A stretch of 64,000 bases of DNA, from positions 1,984,001 through 2,048,000 of the forward strand of contig OZ244065.1 of the NCBI GenBank assembly GCA_965215505.1, read 5' to 3'. Made by a program: the position numbers and the translations under genes. A model generated the notes under the pieces. It saw only the letters and a list, made by a program, of their open reading frames with translations. It did no database searches and was not told the DNA's origin. Every line of letters begins with the position of its first letter. Position 1 is the stretch's first letter. This document shows positions 25,965-33,966 of this stretch, in pieces. The DNA is from Capsulimonadaceae bacterium. GTDB taxonomy: Bacteria; Armatimonadota; Armatimonadia; Armatimonadales; Capsulimonadaceae.

Positions 25965-26768
25965 TCAGTCGCGCATCAGTTTCGCGTAGAAGTCTTTGAA
26001 GCTGACTGTGCCTGGCGGAAGTCCGGCTTGTCCTGGGAAGCCCAGCCGTGTGGAGAGAACCGGTGTGCCGGGGCCAAGGTGATATTTCGCCCTCGTCCGC
26101 GACACTGTGGGATCGTTGACGGGCACTTGCAGCGTCTTGTCATAGGGGATTTTCTCGACACTGCCGTCGTCCCACAGCACTTCGTAGAACCCGACCGGCT
26201 TCATCGTGAAGGGTTTATTCGGATAGATGACCTGGTTCTGGTGGTAATACAGGCTGGTCTGACCGAGAACGTCTCGGGTCCCGGCGGCTCGCTGGGTGCC
26301 TATCTTTGTACCGTCGGAACGGGTGAGGGAGAAGCTGTAGGGGATCGCCCCCGGCGCGCGGCGCAGCCCCTCGAAGTCAGAAAAGCGGCTGTCGGGGTTG
26401 TTCATCTTTGCGAGAAAATCCTTGACGTCCCGGAAGCCGTATCCCTGCGGGGCGCGGACGATGTCCATGAACAGCGCCGTCTCATCCGCAGGATAGTGGC
26501 CGCCGTGTTTGCGGCGATATCCCAGCATGAGTTGATACATCCGTTTCAAGCCGTCCACCCCGTTTTGGGGGTCGCCGGGCACCTGCCCGTGCGTGTCATA
26601 CAACGCCAGCCCTGTCGGCGGCGCGGCCCGCGCGACGGAGATAATGCTGCTCATCGGCGCGGGAAGGCCATGCGACCGTAGGTACTGCCTGCTGATGCCG
26701 AGCGCCAGCAGCATTAGGATAAGGACGACCGCCGCTTGTCTGAAGCCGCGCTGTTGTGCGAGTTTCAC
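25965..26768 (-). CDS. Exported hypothetical protein, possibly a divergent pilin-like (DUF1559/H-X9-DG-type) protein
   Basis: QQRG|F then a hydrophobic helix; LKRMYQLMLGYRRKHGGHYP; EVLWDDGSVE. Confidence 0.5.
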   Translation of the reverse strand: MKLAQQRGFRQAAVVLILMLLALGISRQYLRSHGLPAPMSSIISVARAAPPTGLALYDTHGQVPGDPQNGVDGLKRMYQLMLGYRRKHGGHYPADETALFMDIVRAPQGYGFRDVKDFLAKMNNPDSRFSDFEGLRRAPGAIPYSFSLTRSDGTKIGTQRAAGTRDVLGQTSLYYHQNQVIYPNKPFTMKPVGFYEVLWDDGSVEKIPYDKTLQVPVNDPTVSRTRAKYHLGPGTPVLSTRLGFPGQAGLPPGTVSFKDFYAKLMRD

Positions 26769-26791
26769 GGTCTGCTCCGATCAAAGGAGTG

Positions 26792-27541
26792 TCACCGGCT
26801 GATTTGCGGTCGTCGGCGCGGCAGGTTTAGCTTGAAGTCGGCCAACGAGGGCTTGTACCAGCCGCGCTTGGTCACGCTGGCAAGGTAGGCGATGAGCGAG
26901 TGACCCAGTGCCCAAAGGGGCAGCCACAATTGGCTACGCAGGATCATATACAGCACGGGCTGCGAAAGAGTCATTCTCGGATTGAAGACCTCCATGGCGA
27001 CTATCTCCAGGAACCCAATGAGACTCCACAAGAGGCTTGAGTAGAATGCCCCCTTGATGGCTTGAAGAGGATATTTGCGGCCAATGGCGAGACAGACTAA
27101 GAGTGTTCCGCCGAAGGCGAGGGATTGACAAACGGCAACAGGGAATGGGTGCGCGCTTCCGTCAAAATTGGCTCGGACGTGGGAGTCTCTCAGGAATTGC
27201 CAGGCAAGCAGGTAGAGGGGGGCGATAAGATTTTGGAGCCAGGCAAGTCCTATGCCAAAGAAGACGGCTCTTATGTCGGCACGGAAGCCGGTCCGGCCCT
27301 GTTGCCACTCCTGGTACATCTTCCGCCCGATTTGTGTGGGATCGCCGAACTGCGTCAAGGCGGACTTCCAGGCGACCTCGGCCGGCTGTCCCTGAGCCAC
27401 TTTCGCGGCGGCAAGCCCTTCGAGGTGCTGCCGGATCTCTTCGCGCTGGGCGGTGCGCTCCTCGGCGGGCAGGCGGCGGGAGGCGGCGTCGAAGCGCCGG
27501 AACCAGTCGTTGACGGCGGGACTGTCATGCGGGCTGAACAT
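26792..27541 (-). CDS. Membrane protein with N-terminal HAAS/permease-prefix-like domain
   Basis: LPAEERTAQREEIRQHLE...ALTQFGDPTQIGR followed by TMs; GGAGG RBS. Confidence 0.75.
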   Translation of the reverse strand: MFSPHDSPAVNDWFRRFDAASRRLPAEERTAQREEIRQHLEGLAAAKVAQGQPAEVAWKSALTQFGDPTQIGRKMYQEWQQGRTGFRADIRAVFFGIGLAWLQNLIAPLYLLAWQFLRDSHVRANFDGSAHPFPVAVCQSLAFGGTLLVCLAIGRKYPLQAIKGAFYSSLLWSLIGFLEIVAMEVFNPRMTLSQPVLYMILRSQLWLPLWALGHSLIAYLASVTKRGWYKPSLADFKLNLPRRRPQISR

Positions 27542-27884
27542 GGGGGGTTCCTCCATTGATGTCGCCGAGGATGTCGTTGACGGCTCGGGAGAAGCGGCTC
27601 CAGGCGCGCACCTGGGAGGCCAATTTGGCGTGGCCGACGTCGGTCAGGGTGTAGACGCGGCGGGCGGGGCCGCTGGGCTGGGTCTGCCACTCGCTTTGAA
27701 CTAGTTCCTCGCGTTCCAGGGCGCGCAGGGCGGGGTAGAGGGCACCCTCGCCGACGGAGAGGGCTTCGCGGCTGCGGCGCTCGATCTCGCGGGCGATGGC
27801 GTAGCCGTGGAGCGGGCCGCCGGACAGGACGGCAAGGATCAAGATCGGGGTGCTGCCTTTTTTTAGTTCCTGCTCTTCACTCAT
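27525..27884 (-). CDS. PadR family transcriptional regulator
   Basis: ILAVL..GPLHGYAI, EGALYPALRALE, RRVYTLT..G. Confidence 0.93.
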   Translation of the reverse strand: MSEEQELKKGSTPILILAVLSGGPLHGYAIAREIERRSREALSVGEGALYPALRALEREELVQSEWQTQPSGPARRVYTLTDVGHAKLASQVRAWSRFSRAVNDILGDINGGTPHVQPA

Positions 27885-27890
27885 GTTTCA

Positions 27891-27919
27891 ATTATACATC
27901 GCAATCTAATGTATGTCAA
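27891..27919 (-). promoter_or_regulatory. Consensus leaderless promoter of padR with overlapping palindromic operator
   Basis: TTGACA-N17-TATAAT-N6-ATG; ATACAT-N9-ATGTAT at 27894-27914. Confidence 0.85.
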
Positions 27920-27923
27920 GTGA

Positions 27924-28493
27924 TTATTTTTCAAGGCCGAGGTATCGGACGGCGCGGGCCAAGCCGATAATGGAAACGCCGTCGGTGATGCCTCCGTCCA
28001 TCGCCATGGCGTGGGCCTCCAGGAGCGGCAGGCGGCGAAGGGCGAGGACCTCATCGCCTTCGGGGGCGGCTTCGCCGAATGTCAGGTCTTGGGCCAGGAA
28101 TATCTGGCCGGCCTCATTGGTGACGGAGTTGGACAGGTGGAACGAGCTGAGGTCGGTCCAGGTGGCGGCCGTCAGGCCCGTCTCCTCGGCCAGCTCGCGT
28201 CTGGCACTGTCCAGGAGTGGGATGTGGAGGGGGCCGCCGCCTTCGGGGATCTCCCAGGAGTAGAGGCCGAGCGGGTAGCGCCACTGACCGATGAGGAACG
28301 TGTCGCCGTCGCCCGTGACCGGGACGATGCCCAGGGCATGGTTCTGGAACTCGACGACGCCGTAAATGCCGTCGCGGCCGTCGGCGCGGATGACGTGATC
28401 CTCGCGGACCCGTATCCAGGGGTTGACGTAGACCTCGCGGCTGCCGCGCGTGCGCCAGGGGTTGAGGGGACCGGAAGATAGTTCGTCTGCCAT
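27924..28493 (-). CDS. NUDIX hydrolase (ADP-ribose pyrophosphatase-like)
   Basis: WEIPEGG...SARRELAEETGL Nudix box; TTGACA-N18-TATGAT-N6-ATG. Confidence 0.9.
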   Translation of the reverse strand: MADELSSGPLNPWRTRGSREVYVNPWIRVREDHVIRADGRDGIYGVVEFQNHALGIVPVTGDGDTFLIGQWRYPLGLYSWEIPEGGGPLHIPLLDSARRELAEETGLTAATWTDLSSFHLSNSVTNEAGQIFLAQDLTFGEAAPEGDEVLALRRLPLLEAHAMAMDGGITDGVSIIGLARAVRYLGLEK

Positions 28494-28540
28494 GCCGTTA
28501 TCATAGGGGCGCGGGCGGTATTTTGTCAAGAGGCGCGACC

Positions 28541-28558
28541 TTGTGATTTTTTTCACGA
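28541..28558. promoter_or_regulatory. Rex-type (or CRP-family) operator upstream of ndh
   Basis: TTGTGATTTTTTTCACGA versus the Rex consensus TTGTGAnnnnnnTCACAA; TAGAAT at 28569-28574. Confidence 0.65.
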
Positions 28559-28604
28559 ACAAAGTGGGTAGAATGCACCGGGACACACAGAAGGAACTCA
28601 AGCC

Positions 28605-29933
28605 ATGCCTAACACCCATATCGTCATCGTCGGCGGCGGCTTCGGCGGCCTCAAGGTGGCACAAACCTTAGAGAAACTGATCAAGCTCGGCGACGCGGTG
28701 GAAGTGACGCTGATCAGCCGTGACAACTTCCTGCTGTTCACGCCGTTTCTGACCGAGGCGCTGGGCGGGATGCTGGACGAGGCGGACGTCATCTCGCCAT
28801 TGCGGGCCTTCCTGAAGAAGACGCGCTTCGTCATGGGCGAAGTGACAGCGATAGACATGCGTGCAAAGTCTGTCACCTTCCGTCGGCCGCTGACGGACGA
28901 GACAGAGACGGTGCAGGCGGACCAGCTCGTCCTGAGCCTGGGCAGCACGACCTCGTTCCACGGGCAGGAGGATTTGGAGAAGCTGGCCTTCACGCTGAAG
29001 TCGCTGGACGACGCCACATTGCTGCGGAACCACCTGATGGCCTGCTTGGAGCAGGCGAACGAGGAGAGTGACGGGGTGGCCCGCCAGTCCTTCCTGACCG
29101 TCGCCGTGGTCGGCGCGGGCTATACAGGCGTCGAGGCGGCGGGGGCGATCCGTGACCTGATGAAAGACGCCGCCCGCGACTACCCGCACGTCCGGCCCGA
29201 CGAGATCCGGGTCGTCCTGATGGACATGGCTGAGGAGATCCTGCCGTCGATTGACCCGTCGCTCGCCAAGTACGCCCTGCGGCAGATCCAGAAGCGCGGG
29301 ATCGAGATACGGCTGGGCCAGAAGATCAAGCAGGCCGACGACCACTCGGTCACCCTGAGCAAAGGCGAATACATCCCCACCCGCACCCTGCTCTGGTCGG
29401 CGGGCGTCGTGCCCTCGCCGCTGACCCAGACCTTGCTCTGCGAGAAGGACAAAAAGGGTGCTATCATGACCGAGCCGACGATGGCTGTCAAGGGCATGGA
29501 CGGCGTCTGGGCGATGGGCGACGGCGCACACATCCCCAACCTGCTGGAAGAGGGCCGGCCCTACACGGGCACCGCGCAGAACGCCGAGCGGGAGGCCAAG
29601 CAGCTCGCGCAGAACGTCATGGCCACCCTACGGGGGCGGCAGCCCAAGCCGTTCCTGTTCCGCACCCTGGGCGAGTTCGTCAACCTCGGGCACCATGTGG
29701 CGGTGGCGCAGATCAAGTGGTTCAAGTTCTCCGGGTTCGTCGCCTGGTTCCTGTGGCGGGGCGTCTATCTGGTCAAGATCCCCCATTGGGGCCGCAAGGC
29801 GCGCGTCGTGTCCGGCTGGACTCTGGACCTGCTGTTCGGGCGCAACTCCGTGGAGAGCGAGACGCCTCGCCTGCTGCGGAACAACACGGAGCAGAAGCGG
29901 CGCACCGACGAAGCGGCGCGGGCGGTGAAGTAG
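28605..29933 (+). CDS. ndh: Type II NADH dehydrogenase family flavoprotein
   Basis: IVGGGFGG, VVGAGYTGVE.AG, WSAGV, WAMGDGA, GFVAWFLWR.VYL. Confidence 0.88.
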   Translation: MPNTHIVIVGGGFGGLKVAQTLEKLIKLGDAVEVTLISRDNFLLFTPFLTEALGGMLDEADVISPLRAFLKKTRFVMGEVTAIDMRAKSVTFRRPLTDETETVQADQLVLSLGSTTSFHGQEDLEKLAFTLKSLDDATLLRNHLMACLEQANEESDGVARQSFLTVAVVGAGYTGVEAAGAIRDLMKDAARDYPHVRPDEIRVVLMDMAEEILPSIDPSLAKYALRQIQKRGIEIRLGQKIKQADDHSVTLSKGEYIPTRTLLWSAGVVPSPLTQTLLCEKDKKGAIMTEPTMAVKGMDGVWAMGDGAHIPNLLEEGRPYTGTAQNAEREAKQLAQNVMATLRGRQPKPFLFRTLGEFVNLGHHVAVAQIKWFKFSGFVAWFLWRGVYLVKIPHWGRKARVVSGWTLDLLFGRNSVESETPRLLRNNTEQKRRTDEAARAVK

Positions 29934-29943
29934 GGAAAGCAAG

Positions 29944-29980
29944 AAGGGGCGGGAGCATGATGCTCCCGCCCCTTTTGTTT
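29944..29980. terminator. Bidirectional terminator
   Basis: AAGGGGCGGGAGCAT-G-ATGCTCCCGCCCCTT-TTGTTT between convergent genes. Confidence 0.85.
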
Positions 29981-29990
29981 GCTGCATAGC

Positions 29991-30593
29991 CTAAGCCGCC
30001 AGCCGCTGCTCCTCGCCCTGTCCCGCCGGTTCCGTATCGGCGGCGGGCGTGAAGGTCACGGTGCGGGCGTCCTGGCGCTTGCGGAAGTGGATCATCTCCC
30101 ACTGGTGGACATAATCCAGCACGGTCAGGGCCAACTTGCGCGCCTCGAACTCGGGCATCTGGATGGTCAGGCTATCAGTCGCCTTGACCATTTTCACTTG
30201 TCCCTGCCCGTAGACCTCGCCCTGGCCGTTGTCCACGCGCAGGACGTAGGGCTGGCGGTACTTGGCTTCCTTCTTGAAAGACAGCACGCGCGCCTCCGTG
30301 TAGTCGTCGTGTGCGCTGCCCTTCTGGTCCTCGAAGCTCGTGAAGGTGCCGGCCAGCAGGTCATGGCAGACCAGCTTCATGTCGTCCGCGTCCACATAGT
30401 GCCGGACGCGCTGGGTGGCCTTGTTGTGTTCGTCGAACTCGACGAGGGTGAAGGCGACCTTGCTGCGCTTCGGGTCGAAGGCGAGCAGGTCGGTGATGTC
30501 CAGGATCTTGTCTTTGGCGACGAACCGGAAGATCTGGATCTTCGTCACTTCGCGCCCGGCGCCGTCCGTGCCGTTCTTCTCATAGGTGTTCAT
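29991..30593 (-). CDS. Hypothetical cytoplasmic protein, 200 aa
   Basis: AAGGAG RBS, host-like codon usage, no recognised motif; ends in RLAA. Confidence 0.8.
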   Translation of the reverse strand: MNTYEKNGTDGAGREVTKIQIFRFVAKDKILDITDLLAFDPKRSKVAFTLVEFDEHNKATQRVRHYVDADDMKLVCHDLLAGTFTSFEDQKGSAHDDYTEARVLSFKKEAKYRQPYVLRVDNGQGEVYGQGQVKMVKATDSLTIQMPEFEARKLALTVLDYVHQWEMIHFRKRQDARTVTFTPAADTEPAGQGEEQRLAA

Positions 30594-30632
30594 GGTCAGT
30601 TCTCCTTAAACCAGGTCCAGTCTCGAAACTTG

Positions 30633-30746
30633 TTACTGGCCTGAGCGGTGGTCGGACCACCGCTCGGCTATATCAACGGAACTGCCGATGTATGTCTCGG
30701 CAGTCACCGTGTTCGTGATGATGTAAATGCCCTGCGTCCGTGGCAT
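30633..30746 (-). CDS. 37-aa GIY-YIG nuclease fragment (mini-protein or pseudogene)
   Basis: MPRTQGIYIITNTVTAETYIGSSVDIAERWSDHRSGQ*; AAGGATGAGG RBS; below the ORF-track cutoff. Confidence 0.7.
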   Translation of the reverse strand: MPRTQGIYIITNTVTAETYIGSSVDIAERWSDHRSGQ

Positions 30747-30771
30747 GGTGCCTCATCCTTGCTTCTGGTGA

Positions 30772-30999
30772 CTAAAGCACCTTGCGATAGCTACAATTGG
30801 GATTGTCTTGTAATGAGGCCCAACAGTCCCATATTACAACATAACCCCTCCCGCCAACATAATAACAGTTCGAGACGAGCTGCTCCCCGCATTGCGGGCA
30901 TGTGCCGCGCACCCACTCGGGCCGGGGGCGGTCGGATTTGCCGTCGTATGCCTGCCGGACGCTCTCGACGGCGGCGTTGGTTTCAAGTATCGTGTCCAT
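30772..30999 (-). CDS. Small Cys-rich (zinc-ribbon-like) protein
   Basis: CPQCG...DCW...NCSY; GAGGAG RBS. Confidence 0.7.
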   Translation of the reverse strand: MDTILETNAAVESVRQAYDGKSDRPRPEWVRGTCPQCGEQLVSNCYYVGGRGYVVIWDCWASLQDNPNCSYRKVL

Positions 31000-31039
31000 C
31001 TCGCGTTCTCCTCTCACTAAACCAGATCAGTCTTCGCGG

Positions 31040-31077
31040 TACAGATATATTATACTGTAAATGGCAGTGAGTATCAG
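31040..31077 (-). promoter_or_regulatory. Promoter with a palindromic operator over the -10 box
   Basis: CTGATA-N17-TATAAT; TACAG-N10-CTGTA at 31040-31059. Confidence 0.6.
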
Positions 31078-31226
31078 CGAACGGGCATAAGAGGGCAGAA
31101 CGATCTATGGAAATTCTCATCAAGTGAGAATTTCGGGGGCTGTTTTGGGGGAGAAAAACACGGCAATTGTACCGTAACTAAAGGGGCAGAATGCGCCGAT
31201 AATACACTCAAAGGAGAGTGACACCC

Positions 31227-31388
31227 ATGTTCCTATGGATCGCAGCGGGCTATGTGCTGTCCGCCATCGTATTCTATTCGTATATCGTCAAGACCGCCCA
31301 GGAAGACCCGCATGAGGCGCTGGCGACCCTTGCAGAGACGACCGACCGGCAGTGGTCGCGTGACCAGAGCAGCCGCAGGGCGGCGTGA
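31227..31388 (+). CDS. 53-aa single-TM small protein
   Basis: MFLWIAAGYVLSAIVFYSYIVKTAQEDPHE...RRAA*; AAGGAG RBS; GCCGATAA upstream; terminator downstream. Confidence 0.7.
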   Translation: MFLWIAAGYVLSAIVFYSYIVKTAQEDPHEALATLAETTDRQWSRDQSSRRAA

Positions 31389-31410
31389 GGCGACTCCAGA
31401 GATAGGTTAG

Positions 31411-31462
31411 AAAGGCAGACGGCCCACCGATGATCTAGATCACCGGCGGGCCGTCTGCCTTT
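31411..31462. terminator. Bidirectional terminator hairpin
   Basis: AAAGGCAGACGGCCC...GGGCCGTCTGCCTTT. Confidence 0.8.
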
Positions 31463-31469
31463 GTTTCTG

Positions 31470-31718
31470 TTACCCGGTGTAGTTGCGGAAGGCGATGCCG
31501 ACCAGGATGCTGACGAGGAACCAAGCGACCCCAAGGTAGCGGGTGTAGGTTTGCAGCATCTCCTCGAAGCCCGGCTTGCCCTTGAAGTTGGCGCTGACGT
31601 TGCCGCCGATGGTGCCAGTCAGGCCCTCGTTCTTGGTCGTCTGGGACATGACGATGGCAACGAGGGCGATGCTGATGAGGCCCTGAAATACGAGGAGGAT
31701 GATCTGGAGGGCATTCAT
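31470..31718 (-). CDS. secG: Preprotein translocase subunit SecG
   Basis: Two TMs with a Q..K.EGL.G.IGG loop. Confidence 0.85.
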   Translation of the reverse strand: MNALQIILLVFQGLISIALVAIVMSQTTKNEGLTGTIGGNVSANFKGKPGFEEMLQTYTRYLGVAWFLVSILVGIAFRNYTG

Positions 31719-31719
31719 G

Positions 31720-31980
31720 CTACAGCCTCTCCTCGGTCTTCGCGCCGACGGCCACGGGCGTTTCCTGAGTCGGGGCGGCAGGCGAAGCGCCGTAGACGGC
31801 CGCGCCGGTCGGCTGTTCCGGCTTGTCGTCCTCGGCGGTCGCCTTCTTGAATTCTTTAATGCCCTGGCCCATTGACTTGCCGAAGCCCGCAAGCTTGGAG
31901 CCGCCGAAGAGCAGGATGACCACGCCGGCGATGATCGCGATCTCCGTGGGGTTACCGAAGCCAAATGCTAGTGGAAGCAT
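31720..31980 (-). CDS. tatA: Twin-arginine translocase TatA
   Basis: EIAIIAGVVILLFGGSKL..FGKSMGQGIKEFKKA. Confidence 0.9.
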   Translation of the reverse strand: MLPLAFGFGNPTEIAIIAGVVILLFGGSKLAGFGKSMGQGIKEFKKATAEDDKPEQPTGAAVYGASPAAPTQETPVAVGAKTEERL

Positions 31981-31981
31981 G

Positions 31982-32410
31982 TCAATGTCCTTTCACGTCT
32001 TGGGTGTCCGGCAAGGCCGGTGCAGGGTGTAGTTCGGCCTGCGGGTTCGTTTCGACAGAATGCGCGTCAACAGGATGTTTGGGAACGATTGGCAGCATCA
32101 GATCTTCCGGTGCCTGGTCATAGGGGCGGTGCCCGATGGCCTTCTCGACCGTCGCGCTGCTGGTCGAAGAGTACGGGTTTCCGTAGTCATACGGCGGTGA
32201 CAGGACCGGCTTGTAGACCGATTCGACTTCATTGTGGACCGAGTGCGCCGCCCCGGTCACTTCTTCAGTGATCTTCCGCAGCTCACGCATCGCCTGACCA
32301 AGCTGCTTGCCGACCTCGGGTAGCTTCTTTGGCCCGAAGACCAGCAGAGCCAGGCCAAGAATGATTGCGATGTCCGGCGGACTGAACCCAAATGCAAGCG
32401 GAAGCATCAT
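31982..32410 (-). CDS. TatA/TatB family subunit (TatB-like)
   Basis: ALLVFGPKKLPEVGKQLGQAMRELRK plus a long tail. Confidence 0.85.
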   Translation of the reverse strand: MMLPLAFGFSPPDIAIILGLALLVFGPKKLPEVGKQLGQAMRELRKITEEVTGAAHSVHNEVESVYKPVLSPPYDYGNPYSSTSSATVEKAIGHRPYDQAPEDLMLPIVPKHPVDAHSVETNPQAELHPAPALPDTQDVKGH

Positions 32411-32432
32411 ATCTCCTCAACCCACAGAGTCA

Positions 32433-32564
32433 TCAGCGGCGGCCGATGATATCGCGCAGCTCACGCAACGCTTGGCCAAGCTGCTCGCCAACATCGGGCA
32501 GCTTTTTCGGCCAGAAGACCAGCAGAGCCACGACCATGATAATGGCAACATCCACAGGCTGCAT
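32433..32564 (-). CDS. 43-aa TatA/B-like paralog with an FG-to-FW hinge change
   Basis: MQPVDVAIIMVVALLVFWPKKLPDVGEQLGQALRELRDIIGRR*; not in the ORF track. Confidence 0.65.
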   Translation of the reverse strand: MQPVDVAIIMVVALLVFWPKKLPDVGEQLGQALRELRDIIGRR

Positions 32565-32603
32565 GGGTTCCTGCCTCTTCAGACCGCAAAAGCCCGGCTT
32601 TGT

Positions 32604-33530
32604 TCAGGCGATTTTGTTCACCGTCGTTCGCGCGGCGGCTTGGAAGATCTGGGTGCGGGTGCAGAAGCCGGAGCCATACACTGCCGCATTAGCCGCACCG
32701 GCTGCCACGCCCAGCTTTAGTGCTTCCGCATGGCCCAAACCCTGCTCCCAAGCCCAGACGAAGCCCGCAGTCAGCGAGTCGCCGGAGCCGAGCGCGCTTA
32801 CGACCTCTACGACGGGCGGGATAGCCTCCCAAGTGCCTTCCGCACTCGCAAGGACTGCCCCGCGCACCCCACCAGTCACGAGGGCCAGTGTCACGCCGTA
32901 CTTATCCCGCAAAGCCTGTGCCGAGCCGCCCCAGCCGTCACCACCGACAGACAACGCTTCCAGCTCATGCACGTTCGGCTTGACCAGGAACGGCTTCGCT
33001 TCAACGCCGAGCCGCAGAGCCTCGCCGCTGGTGTCCAGAACAGCCTTGACACCCAGCACATGGGCCAGCCGGATGATGGCGACGTAGATCTCCGGCGGCA
33101 CACCGGGCGGAAGGCTGCCTGATAGGATTACGGCATCATGCCCCGGTAATAGTTCCCGCAGCCGTCTGAGCAGGGCGTCGCATTCCGCCGACGTGACTTC
33201 CGGGCCGGCCTCGTTCAGTACGGTTTCGGTCCGCCCGACCGGGTCCAGAATGGCGGTACAGACACGCGACTCCTGCATGACCGTCACGAAATGGGTATCG
33301 ATGCCCTCGCCGTTCAGGCCGGCCCTGATATATTCCCCGGTCGGCCCGCCTGAAAACCCGGTCGCCGTGACGACGCCGCCCAGTGTCCGGTAGACTCGGG
33401 CGACGTTGATGCCTTTGCCACCAGCGTAGACGCGCGTTTCCGTGGGTCGCTGCACCCGGTCCACGGCGAAGCCGGGGATGGTGTACAGTTTGTCAACCGC
33501 AGCATTGAGCGTGACGGTGAGGACGGACAA
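32604..33530 (-). CDS. 1-phosphofructokinase / tagatose-6-P kinase family (PfkB)
   Basis: TVTLNAAVD, GGKGINVA, SGSLPPG, KPNVHE, GSGDS; probable TTG start after the rpsI stop. Confidence 0.9.
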   Translation of the reverse strand: MSVLTVTLNAAVDKLYTIPGFAVDRVQRPTETRVYAGGKGINVARVYRTLGGVVTATGFSGGPTGEYIRAGLNGEGIDTHFVTVMQESRVCTAILDPVGRTETVLNEAGPEVTSAECDALLRRLRELLPGHDAVILSGSLPPGVPPEIYVAIIRLAHVLGVKAVLDTSGEALRLGVEAKPFLVKPNVHELEALSVGGDGWGGSAQALRDKYGVTLALVTGGVRGAVLASAEGTWEAIPPVVEVVSALGSGDSLTAGFVWAWEQGLGHAEALKLGVAAGAANAAVYGSGFCTRTQIFQAAARTTVNKIA

Positions 33531-33535
33531 AGCGT

Positions 33536-33931
33536 TTAACGCTTGCTGAACTGGAAGCCGCGGCGGGCGCGCTTGCGTCCGGCCTTCTTGCGCTCTTTGA
33601 CGCGCGGGTCGCGGGTCAGGTAGCCCAACTTGCGGAGGACGGGCCGCATGTCGGGATCGGACTCGACGAGCGCCTTGGCGATGCCGTGGCGGACCGCGCC
33701 GGCCTGGCCGGAGATGCCGCCGCCGAGGGCGCGCACGAAGACGTCGAACTTGCCGACGGTTTCGGTCACTTCGAACGGCTGCATGATGAGGGCTTCGAGC
33801 GAGGCCCGCCCGAAGTAGTTGCTCGTCGTCCGGTTGTTGACCGTGATGTTGCCCTGGCCGTTGGACAGCCAGACCTTGGCGATGGCGTTCTTGCGTTTGC
33901 CGGTGCCGTAGTAGCGAGTGGTTTCTGCCAT
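33536..33931 (-). CDS. rpsI: 30S ribosomal protein S9
   Basis: YGTGKRK...[10 protein letters not shown]...QFSKR. Confidence 0.98.
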   Translation of the reverse strand: MAETTRYYGTGKRKNAIAKVWLSNGQGNITVNNRTTSNYFGRASLEALIMQPFEVTETVGKFDVFVRALGGGISGQAGAVRHGIAKALVESDPDMRPVLRKLGYLTRDPRVKERKKAGRKRARRGFQFSKR

Positions 33932-33966
33932 GTTTGTTCCTTAGAGTATACCCAGGCGGATGCGGA

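Noticed and set aside
31040-31059. E. coli-type LexA box
   Set aside because: The half-sites are in the reverse arrangement (ACAG...CTGT rather than CTGT-N8-ACAG); kept only as an unidentified operator.
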